Origin: Bugula neritina
Taxonomy: Eukaryota > Animalia > Bryozoa
Assembly (NCBI GenBank): GCA_964035545.1
Contig: OZ037768.1
Location: forward strand, 17,033,875 to 17,097,874
Reading direction: 5' to 3'
Length of the DNA: 64,000 bases
Below the pieces are notes generated by a model, which saw only the letters and a program-made list of their open reading frames with translations, searched no databases and had not been told where the DNA came from. Positions 1 to 11,657 of this stretch are shown piece by piece; position 1 is the stretch's first letter; each line of letters starts with the position of its first letter. Made by a program: the position numbers and the translations under genes.

Positions 1-799
1 AGTGTTATATCACAGTTAATAGAAGACAAGGGCTAGACTGAATAGAGGGGGTTAATAGGGGAAGTATTTGGGTTTGGATCACCATACAGACTGCATAAAT
101 TATGACTATTGAATGTCACCTATCTGTCAGTTCTCTCTGACAGCCTGCCGATTAATTATTTAAATTTCAAAATCAATGAATACTGACAAGTTGGGCGTTA
201 ACTGCTTTCATATTCTAAATACTTTTATATTCAGTGATTGTGTTTCTGAACATTAATTTTAAATGTCAGCTGTATTGTTTTAATGGCATCTATGCATTCT
301 TTGCTGCCATCAAAATGAAAAAGCACAGTATTCATAAAGTTTCTAAGCACCACAAAATCTTTCATTCTTGGTCATCTATAAACCTATTAATTGATTTAAA
401 CTTGAACATACTTAAATAAAATGAAAATTAATTGTATTAATACAATAATATTTCCAAATGCTAAGCAGTTCTATGCATTCCAATTACTAAAAAATAGCCA
501 TGTCCAACCATTCATTTCTCACTCGTTTTCTTAGGAAAATCTCTGGAATATTGTAAATATTTTCGAATTCCGCTTCTAACATTCAAAACCATTTGTCATG
601 TGACTAATGGTTTCCTTAAATATTTACTTGGCATTTTTTTAGAAGTTCAGCTGGAAATTGTTTTTTGAATTTCCTTTGAGGTTTTTGTTATATATTATTA
701 CTTCAAGATTGATAACTTAGGATTATCTGTCAACTGATAAAAATCTTTATTATTTAAGAAAGATCATTGTTTATTTGTAAGATGATCTTCTTTTTGAAG

Positions 800-3700
800 C
801 TTGGTGGCCTGAGCACAAATATGTGGACAAGTTGGCTGAGTTGAAGCAGCTGTACATCCGGCAGCTCGGGATGTCTAGAGAGTCTGCTGCACTTACCCAA
901 GGTCACATGACCAAGCAGTTGTAAGTAATCCAGGAGGGTATAGCAGCTATGTTTATTTACTTGGTGGAAGTTTTGAAACAACATATCAACACATGTGCCA
1001 TAACACAATAAGCTACATGAAAGTTGCTTTCTGGGAATGTGCGTTGACATGAAAACGTAAGCAGACATAAAACAAGCATTGCTGAGAAAACTACTGGCAA
1101 ATCATCAAAACTGAATAAAATAAAATTGAATAAAATAATATATTATGTTAAACTATTTTGCAGTAAAGTTTTGAATGGTCATGTTGAAGAGAACAGTGTA
1201 AATTACAACAATGCATCAAAAACTAGCAAGAAATTATTGGGTAAAACCACCAACACTGGCAAGAAGACTAGCTTTGGTATGCCTAAACTAGTAAACTAAA
1301 AGTACTGTAGTACCTGAATTTATTGACGACATAATAGCTCCATTATATTTTTTTACTGTAACCTAAACTGTGCAGGGTGTGCGTTTATAAATACACTTCA
1401 CTTTAACAATTTCACATTAGTAATAACTAAATTACTTGATCTTATCAATAAGCACTTTAATGATTTGTTGTGTTTTGGATGGTAATTCTTGGAAAGCTCT
1501 CAAATTGCAACACAACTAACGCGAAAGATCTTTTGCTATAAATAGTATTTTATCAGAAAATATATTTTTTATAGCAGATGAATTAACAGTTTCTAATGAA
1601 AAAGGATGGGAGGATGTAGAAAAGCTACATGGTGTGTTCATGAATGTTGGCGAGCTGTCTAAAGGGCAGTGGTTTGTAAGTTATTAACCAACACAGCAAC
1701 ATCTCCCCCCCTCCCCTTTTAAACATTTTTCACTGACAAAATACGCTAAAAATCAACATCTCATTTTTTCTCAATACTCACTTACAGTGAAGTTAATATG
1801 ATATCACATAGCAATCAGTCAAACTAATAAAAGCATTAAAGGTTGAGCTCTTTTATCTCAGTGAAAAAGTGAGATTTAGCATTAACTAAAAAGAACACTG
1901 CAACACACCAGCTCTGTGCATTTGTGATATTTGGCTTAAATTGAGTAAATGTAAGATAAAAATGTATATCTTAGTTTACAAATGCAGCTTGGAAATATAT
2001 TTTTTGCTACTGTTGGCAAAGTTTTTTTCATATTTAGTTGGTTTATGCAAATTTTATGTATGCGACAACACACCGGTAAACATTCTACAGCGTATAGCTG
2101 TAGAGAAGCTCTCTTAGGGTACTGAGTTTTGTCACAGGTATGCTTTGCAGGCTACTGATAATAGATGTCTAAAGTTGTAAAAGAGTTTCAGATCTCTGAG
2201 TTTTTGTTTCCAAACAACCAATGTTTTGGTTCTATTTTTGTAGTATAGATTTATGCACACAGGGCAAATGTACAATTGTGTAAGGGTATGTGGTTACTGT
2301 GTATAATTTTAGTTGCATGTGAATATAGTTATGGTTAGGCTGTGAAAAACAAATGTAGTTATACTTGGTTGTTGTAAATTATGGTTAGTTATGGATAAAC
2401 CAACAACATGATGGAAGAATTGTATAGTAGAATAATTAGCATTTTTTGTAGGGAGTAAAAGAAATGTGGGGACCTGTTAACAAAACCAGCCTGGTTAGCA
2501 GAGGGTGCAGTCTAATACGAGTCCCCAAATGCAAAATCTATGAGAACTTGAATATCACAACCACTAAGAAGCTGAGGTTTTGTGCCATGACAGAGGCAAT
2601 ACCGGATGACCCTGAGTTAGGTGAGACTGCTAATATATTGTGGTGCTGCAAGAGCCGCTTGCTTTACTATATCTCAGAAACTGAGGGTGTAGCATATTAT
2701 ATATTATATATTACAAAATATATATTATTTATTATTTTTATGCAAAGCTAATTTTGACAGGCCGAGAAACTATTTCAAGGATGCTTTGGTCCGATGCTGT
2801 TGGAGAAATTGGAAAACAAGTATTTGAAAATCAGCAGCACAGAAAAACTGCTCAATATTTTGTACAAGCAGCAACCTGCGGGTGGAGTCTGAAAAACAAA
2901 GGTTAAAGTCAATGAGTGTCAAATAATTTCAGTTTAGCTGAAAAAAGGTCTAGCTTGCAACATTGCTACCTTGCATTTACTTTTGGACAAGGCAGCTGTT
3001 TGCATTTAATCAGGTTTTAAAGGGAGCCAATGTTAATATTGTTGACAACAGTTTGGTTTTGAAAGGCATTTCATTAACGGCGAAAACAACATCTACTTTG
3101 TGAGATAATAATTTGCATAGCTAATGTTGGTAAATGTATTAGCAACCGTCACCACAGCAATTTCTCTCTTCACTGAACTTCTGTCATCTAATTATGGGTG
3201 TCTAGTTTGTGAGAAACAAAAACACATTTAGCCAAGAAAAACTTCAAATACTAGGATACAATGTAATGCATATAGTTTGCATGTAATTATATTGTTTAAA
3301 AAGTATGTTTACTCAAAAAATACTAGCATATGGTGTGTTAACTGCTGGCATTTGCAAATAAATAAAGATTTTATTCATGATGATCAATTTTTTCTACAAT
3401 AAATGCAATGCTGATAGTGTTTCACTACCCATTAGAAGTCAAACACTGCATTGGTATAAAGCATATACATTATTATAAGGAATAGTCAAATTGATTTGAT
3501 GAATCGTCATTTCCAAATAAGTGCGCAACATGGAACAAAGATTTGACTGCACACTTTGATGAACAGCTATAACTTATCAATATTGGCAATTAAAAGAATA
3601 TTTTGACAAATTTCTGTGAAACCAAGGGTTATAGTCATTATGACTTTTTATAGAAACAAGCGAATCTGGACAAGTTTTAGTTTCTAAAGTTTGTCAATGT

Positions 3701-6700
3701 TGAATATTATTATGTAGCCTACCAACCAACCCACCAACCAACCCACCTACCTACCCACCCACCTAACCAAGTTTTAATATTAAAATAATTTCAATGTATA
3801 AACACATTTTTAAAATACTGAATTATCATAAATGCATATAGTTATATTATATTATGCAAGTTTGTCCTGATAGACTAGAGACACTACTATTTATGTGTAT
3901 TATGCGGGGATCTATAATTAGACCATAACCTACTGTAAAGCCCTCCAGCAATCTTAAATAGGCTTTGCTAATTCTCGCAAGACAAATAAATGTAAAAACT
4001 GCAACCTTAAAATCTAGAGCTCAGATTAATACTTCCGATTCTGTAGCCATAAACCACTTGAAACTTTAAACTATTTATAATGCCCCAAACTATTTATAAT
4101 ATCTTAACCTGAGCTTATTCTGTTTGCTAAATATCAAGTCTGTCTGATAACAACAAAGGCTAATTCTATAATTAGTAAAACTCTGTAGAGGTCTGTTTGG
4201 CTAGACAGAAACTTCTGATACAGGTTGGTTATTAAAAAGGCTGCTGTTTGAGTAAAAATGTTTTTTTAGTGAAATAATTATTTTAATATATTTTAGATCA
4301 TATTCTGCCCACATATTTCAAAGATGAAACAAATGGAAGTAGTAACAAGTTCAATCAATTAGTGAAAAATGGCAGAAACATCAATTGCTCTAAAACTGAT
4401 GAAAAGGTTTAGTTTATATTTCTAAGCTTATAGAGAAGAGCAGACTAAATGGTGACACTAAAATGCCATGTGCCAGCCTTCACCTATTTCTAGCAAACGC
4501 TTGATTAATTCCTTTAAGATGAAATGTTACATAAATCAATGATACTTCAATCATTGTAATGCAAGTTTGCCACCCTTCTATTATATTTGTTATGAATATT
4601 TAATTTTTTGCAATATAATTAATTACCACAGATGAATTAGCATTTTGTTGTTAAAAAGTAATGGCTTATTATGAATTCTGCAAAATTATTCTCTTGAAGC
4701 TCACACCCAGTTTTAATTTTCACTTTTATTATCAGTACAAAGAAAATTTCTCAAATGTGAAGACTGCAAGCCTAATATATACAACTGAGGAAAATTATAG
4801 ACAGCCACAGACAGCCCAGCAACTACTAAACACCAAAAGCAAGATTTACCAACTCAGGTGAAAAGTTATTTTTAGGTGACTTGGTCTCTAAGTGAGGTAT
4901 TCATGTCCCTGTCAATACTATAAAAACAGAATGCCATTGCTGAGGACACCAACTATATAACAATATGCAAGAAACTTTTAGCTAACATAAAAATGAGCAT
5001 TCTTGAACATTCTTGTATTATATATGCAAAGTGACATTCATTTTTCAATTCCAAAAATAAGTTAGACTTTTTATAAAATTGTAACAAAAACACTTGACGG
5101 TATATAAGCTGATAATATACTAGTGGGTCGCTCCTAAATTTGTTTTTTAATGTTTTCAAATCGAAATTTTAAAAGCTGTTCAGATACGTAATTATATGCA
5201 TATCTACAATCATGCTTGTTGAAGCAACATCTACTTTAAAAGGGTGAAATGGGTGGCATATTTTACACTGGGGAATTCTAACACCCACATATTATAATAT
5301 TGAGAGCAATGGTACCAGTAATTAAATTTTTAAATGTTTATGAAAATATGTTCTTGTTGAACAGTATTACAACTGTGCCGGCTGTTGTCACACTTATCCA
5401 CACGAAATGAATTGAATTAATTTATTGCATAAATTTACCTATATGGCATATGTGACTGAATAATCTAATTGTCATGGAAACACCCTGCCTGCTTCATGTA
5501 ATATTCATTGTTCTATATTTGGCTAAACACCTAACCCACGCCTGTTCAAGGCATTCCTTGGTATCAATATATTATCAATCATGAACAGAAATTACTTTTT
5601 TTGTGATTTTTGCCTTAATTTCTGTATGTATCCTGTTATACTGTTTCACAGGTAAACTCGAAACTTCTATTTTTCGATATTTTGCCAAAGACATCATGTA
5701 GAATGCACATGTACATCTCAATTCGTGATTGGCTACTAGGATTCATTCTCTACAAGCATCTCTACATTTCTATTTGATAGGGACTTAGTTGCAGTAAGAG
5801 ATGAGACTTCATTGCCCCACATACAAGTTTCAGACAACAAGCAAAGGCATGTTACTAAGCAGGTAAATGTTTTCTGCTAACGAGTAAATAAGTGTTTGAG
5901 ATATGCAGGAGCAAAGTGTGGAAATGTACAGGGGTACTCTACATATGTAAATGCACGTCATAGTATTTTGTTGTTAGATGGTAAAGATCAAATAGTTCAT
6001 TAGTAAAATAATTTAGACCATCACCCTGAGAACCTAGGCTACCAGCTAAGGAATTTAGGCTGTCACACAAGTTAGGATCTTAGCTGCTAATATTTAGACG
6101 ATTGATTTCCATTGGTTACTAAAAATAATGATAATGACTATTCAGTTTCCATAATGACCGGCATTCTCTTTTATTGATTTTTTAAAAAGATGCCATTGAA
6201 CAAATAAATCACATAACTAAAAATCATTGTACAACTGCACAAAGAGATCTCTAGCTATTAAGATCAATGGTAGTCCGTGTTAGCAGCCTCAGCCACCAGC
6301 TTCTCCAACCATGGGAAAAGTGGCTGTGACAAGTAACAAGCTAAGCTAATTTCAACAGCAGCTGCAAAAATTTCTTTATAAGTATGTTTGACAAAGAATT
6401 CGATAACTTTGTAATACTCTCTATAAGTATGAATAAGTAATTGTGTTTGTATCGTATTTACTGCTGCTACTTCACAGAACATTTGGTGACTTATGTAAAA
6501 GTTATGTACTTGCCTTTTAAAGCGCTAACAGTTCATGACAATAATTTTTTTCACTGAACAGCAAAATTAGTAAAATCTCACGTAGGACGAAACATAAATT
6601 TTCCAAAAAATTTTAATCAAATATCTAAGGATACATGCCCCAGGAGCTATTGTTTAACAAAAAGCCAAGCGTTGGGCAGTTCAACAATTAGAATTTTAGT

Positions 6701-9700
6701 TCTCAAGTATCCATAATTAGGATTAAAATAACTCCATTACTTGTACATCATAAAAGCTTAGGCTTTTTGAGGTCCCGCCCTGGAGAGAGCCTCTGGTGTC
6801 AAGGGTTTAGGCTTAGGACTGTGTTTGATGTGGCACAGGAGCAATTATATTTGGGTGCTCTTCCTAACATCACCAATGGCCCTGCCCAAATTCTAACCCA
6901 TGATCTAGTACACCTTCATAAACTATGCAACTACTCAAAAATAAAAGAAATTGTAATTAAATAAGTTTTATCTGTTTCAGGCAAATAATCTCTTAAAATC
7001 CAGTTTGAAAAGTTCTGTACAAATTCAGAATGCTGTGGAACTGAATTCCCAAGTGACTTCTTCTCATCTCAGTGGTTAGTAAGAACAACTCTCACCTAGT
7101 ATATTATGTACATTACGTCATGCATTATTTTATATATAATGAAGGCTCAACTTAAATTCTATGTATTATAATACCAATCTGGCTCTTAATATAATGACAT
7201 GTTGCAATTTTTCCTTACATGTACAGTATATACATATTATGCTATGACATGCATAGCATGTACAGCTATACAAGGCGTATTGTTTAATATATTATGTTGT
7301 GCTTTGATTACATGATACATTAATGATATTGCAACATTTCTTCAGTAAGTAAAATAATAATGACCATATTGCATGCAACAAAACACTCAAACACATAATA
7401 ACAATATGTGCTAGAATGCTCATGGAACACTATCTTTCAATTCTTGTTTACTAACTGATTAACTTTCTTTGCTAATTTTTGTCAAAGGATTGAACTTTTC
7501 AACAAAATTTTTTGAATTTATATATGTCTATAATACATAATTATGTTATGTAATACACATTCATATTTTACAACGTAAATGTTGTATATCTGTTTTAATT
7601 ATACGAGGGGTTAATTAAAGGATTGTATAAAAAAGCAAACTCTTTCTGTTGAGAAGGATAAATTTTGGAGGCTAGGAGTTTAGAATAAAACTGCTAACTT
7701 CTAAATTTCATTTTAAGCTCAAGTTTTTCCAAATTTTACACACAAATTGGTCGTAGTTTTAGCATTATTTTGTGAATGTATATGAGAACGGAATATTTAT
7801 ATGAACGCAACTATTCAGGCAGAATTACAGTTCATAATAATGAAATTTAATAAGTATTTTAGAGGAAGCAACAATAATGATATATTTTAGGGAAATGTTT
7901 GACTGAAAAAAGAAATAGTGTCTAAACAGATTTTACTGGCTTATAATGGGAATTGAATAGTCACTCGTTAAAATGTTAGAATACAAAAAATAGATCAGCC
8001 ACAAAAATGCTCGGTTAATAATTTATTACAGATATATTTTATAAAAAATTGCTATTAATATGATATCTTCATTCCTAAATGGCTATTAGAATACCATTGT
8101 TAAAAATGTTGGTCTTGAAAATGCTGTTTAAGACTTCACCCTGTTTTAAAAGAAATGGGAATAAAAAGGGGGGTTTAAGCCCTACTGCTCACAATCACTT
8201 TGCGTTATACTTTGATTTCTACTGCAACTGTTACTAAGAGGTGTGCCCTGTATGGTGAATTATCATTTAGTTAGATACATGGCGGGTTGTCGGAGCAATA
8301 GATGAGCAGTTGTATTACCATGCTGACTGTAGTTAGGACTCTAAATAAAAAAAGAAACAAACGTTGTGAGGGGCTACGTACAATCATTTATTTATTAATA
8401 GTAGTAGCTCACTTGATAATGTATTCTAGAGTTGGTGGAATCATGTGTCATACTACTTAAAGTAATGCTGCTTTTATCACTGAGTGCAGCACTGAGTGCA
8501 AATACATGCAGAGCAGCATAATGCTAAATCAGAACGGTGTATGAACTTACATTATTTTTTTGTATAGCGAATAGATGTTGTCAGTTGTCTAACCCTGACA
8601 TAGTTTATCAAAGGAATATTTTTTTACTTTAAATTATAAGAATCCAGTGTTTCAGTTGACGATTAACACTTTGTTCGCATAACATATGATATCAAAATGT
8701 TATATCATATTACACTCCTATATAAGTGTATATAAAAAGGTAATAAAACCTTTAAAAAAACTGTGTGTAGGCTGTGGAAGTACCTATGTTATTATTTTAT
8801 GTAAATTTATACAAGTATGAGGAGTGCTGGGAAGATGCAAATGAAAAAGGGTGGAGTTGTTGCCACTTTCAGTAAACTCGTGAGGAAACGTGCTGCATGC
8901 TACAGTCCTTTCCTCTTTTTAATATTTTACTTGCATGCTAAAACAACCCAACCCTTTGCAAATTGATAAATCATTACAAAATTTGTAAATAATTGCAGTG
9001 CCTTCAACACACTCCTTTTTTGACACAAACAATACCTCAGTAGATGGGCGTAGCACTAGCTTCCAGGTTTTAGGCAAATTTATGTATTACATGAATTTGC
9101 TTTGTGGCTTCAACAGAATTTGGCCCTACCCCTAAACAAAGATACTTTTTGGTAACTGATACTACCACTATGTTTGCATTCGTAGAGTTAGATTAACAAC
9201 TGAGATTCTAAACAGACACTTTGTAGATAGCTTATCTTATAGAGGCAAAATACTCAATAAATAGCTCCTTACAGTTAGCTGAAGTCAAAAATGCTATAGC
9301 CTGAAAATAATTTGTGATGTTGATTGAGCCCAGCAAAACTCTACTCCCAGAAACTTGTGAGACACACAAATCAAGATTAAAGTGTGCCGCAGACTCAGGC
9401 TAAAGTCACTTTGATAAGGCTTCAAACGCTACACTAAAAATAAGGCCATACAAGTAGCAAGTTTTATCTTTTGGTTAACCAGCAACATAACATTTAATTT
9501 AGCTGAATATTTTTTAAACAAGTTTTTTTGTGGTACACAGACTACATTTCGACAGTATATGATTTTCTTTCAAAATTCTTGAATGAATATAACAAAAAAA
9601 GTTTAAGAAAAATGTAAATCGTTTAAAGCTAGTTGCAGAACTAAAACCAAAAAGCATTATACAAAAGCACACGTTGTTTTTTAACTAAAGGAGCTGTGAT

Positions 9701-9916
9701 TGTATCTTTGAAGGAGCGAGCCTGCTCGATTTTCCTCCTTTTTCTCAGAATAGAAGAAAAAGAGACAAGTTAGTCCGAGAGCTGAAGTGTAAATGTATGC
9801 CTAAGCTTACGAATTGCTCAACTAATAATGGAGACCAAGATGTTTCTCTAGTCCACTCCATTCACTCCCCTCTGACACAGCCAGCTGTTACACATATCAT
9901 GACTGATGTTAAGTAA
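800..9916 (+). CDS. Unidentified multi-exon protein-coding gene, 3' part (about 416 aa in window; start lies upstream)
   Basis: Ten GT-AG exons join with consistent phases and no stops: 800-920, 1164-1276, 1578-1675 (NAGNAG alternative at 1575), 2452-2620, 2761-2901, 4297-4406, 4736-4857, 5781-5862, 6981-7074, 9714-9916 (TAA). Translation: ..WWPEHKYVDKLAELKQLYIRQLG..FKVLNGHV..DELTVSNEKGWEDVEKLHG..GVKEMWGPV..GRETISRMLWSDAVG..DHILPTYF..YKENFS..RDLVAVR..ANNLLKS..GASLLDFPPFSQNRRKRDKLVRELKC..TDVK*. No domain recognised. Confidence 0.8.
3719..3769. repeat. Imperfect (CCAA/CCCA/CCTA)n tetranucleotide microsatellite
   Basis: ctaccaaccaacccaccaaccaacccacctacctacccacccacctaaccaa. Confidence 0.75.
6790..6915 (-). 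mobile_element. Degenerate copy of the tRNA-derived SINE family
   Basis: Shares 'tgctcttcctaacatcaccaatg' and 'aacccatga' with the full copy at 46717-46935. Confidence 0.65.
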
Positions 9917-11126
9917 AGAATAATTTGTGGCAAAACTTAGCTTGCGAACAACATAAATCTTTTTAGCTCCATATAGAACACATTTACTTTAATTTTCTTT
10001 ATTTATAATTATAAACACTGTTTTGAATTTAGCTGCTAAGGAGATATATATAAAAGGTATATGTTATATTATATATACAACGCGTTTTAGTTTTATTATT
10101 ATTTTTAGAGTTCTATCCAAGTTTACTCCATGATTGTTTGCAAATTATAAGATATTTCTTGAGTAGTTATTATAAAAAACAGATTATATATTCCATATGC
10201 TACTATATTATTTGAAGATTTTTTTTACTGTAAAATGGGAAGATCCCAATTTTATCTTGAGACTTTTGCTAAAAATACAAACACTGATAGTAAGGTGTTC
10301 ACTGATTCATATTTTAACCGATATGTACACTATAATGTTAACTCACATGAATAAATGTGTAAAAGATAATTATTACTTTCAATTATAAGTCACTTGTATA
10401 AAGATGCATTTGATTTTGCGAACCTCAAAGTAGATAATGCTACATGTATGTACAAAAATCTCTATTATTATTTAAGCAATGCAAAAACATGGGTGGTCTT
10501 AAGTGTTCTGGTTCACCCACAGAACCAAGTTAAAAAGTGAAAATGTTAGCAATAATTTGAGCTGTGCTTGGAAGAAGGATTTGGGGCTTGGGTTAAAATT
10601 CTTTCGAGAACATAACTTCTTTTGCTACGTTTCTAATCTAGAACACAGGCTTTTCTCAATTTCCCCATTCCTGCGCCTACCTCTGAAAACCATCAAAACT
10701 ATATAATTATAGCAATAATCTTGTAACAACACAACTTTTTGATTTATAACAAGGATGAGAGTTGTTTGATTTCTTATCTGTGTGAAATAACTGCATGCAG
10801 TGGTGCCTTCAAAAAATGAGCTCTAAATAATGGGCTCTTATTATCATAATACTTGTTTGTAATTGCCTTTTAAAGACATAAACACAAAAGACAAACTAAA
10901 GGTATGCAATACAATGTAAGAAATTCTAGAAGCCAACAAATGAGACAAGGGCAGGGATAATGAGATGAGAACAATGTTTATAGGTTTTGGTCCAACTTTT
11001 ACATGAAATAAATTGACGTTGAGTTTGCTAATCAACACCAAAGGCTACTAACATGCTTTGGTTATTATCATTTGTCAAAATATCATCACTCATAGCTGGG
11101 AGTCATGACAACCAGGTGAAATTGTG

Positions 11127-11206
11127 GCCAATAGCAACATAGATAATGAATAAATTATGAGCAGCCTTCTTATAAATTGCAGGGTTGGGAATGAAGCAGC
11201 AGATTC
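11127..11206 (+). promoter_or_regulatory. Putative core promoter of collagen A (CCAAT, TATA, Inr-like)
   Basis: CCAAT near 11128; TATAAA at 11171; CAGATTC with its A at 11201, 30 nt after the TATA start. The same motif and spacing occur upstream of collagen B. Confidence 0.6.
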
Positions 11207-11280
11207 GCTGGTATCTCCTTCTAACAAAGCATATACTTCAGAATTTATCGCCTGTGTTTATGCTACAGGTGTAAGTCGGG
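11201..11280 (+). other. Putative non-coding first exon of collagen A
   Basis: Begins at the Inr-like site; candidate GTAAGT donors at 11271 and 11281; would splice to the acceptor TTTGTAG ending at 11650, 7 nt upstream of the ATG. Confidence 0.55.
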
Positions 11281-11657
11281 GTAAGTATTCATCTAATTAA
11301 TTCACCCATATTGCTTTTATCTCTATAAGAATATCTTGCATTAATTTTTTTGAAGCAAGTGTTTCGCAATATTATACAAAAAATATTATATAGAAACATG
11401 AGTTTAAAATATTATGGATTTTGATATTAATTGAATTAATATATGCTTTTTAAAAAACCAACCTCCAGTTACTTACAGTCATCATTTCTTTTTAATGCAA
11501 TTTTTCTAAGATTTTCTTATTGAAACAACATTAACTATTTATTTTGAAAAAATTCATCAGATTAATTATTTACAAGCTTTTTTTTGTTAAATGATGAGAT
11601 TATATCATTTAGTTTTAAATTTATAAGCATATGTAATATATCATTTGTAGAGTAAAG

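Noticed and set aside
8816-8872. Possible extra exon of the left-hand gene
   Set aside because: Weak splice sites, and exon 6981-7074 already joins 9714 in frame without it.
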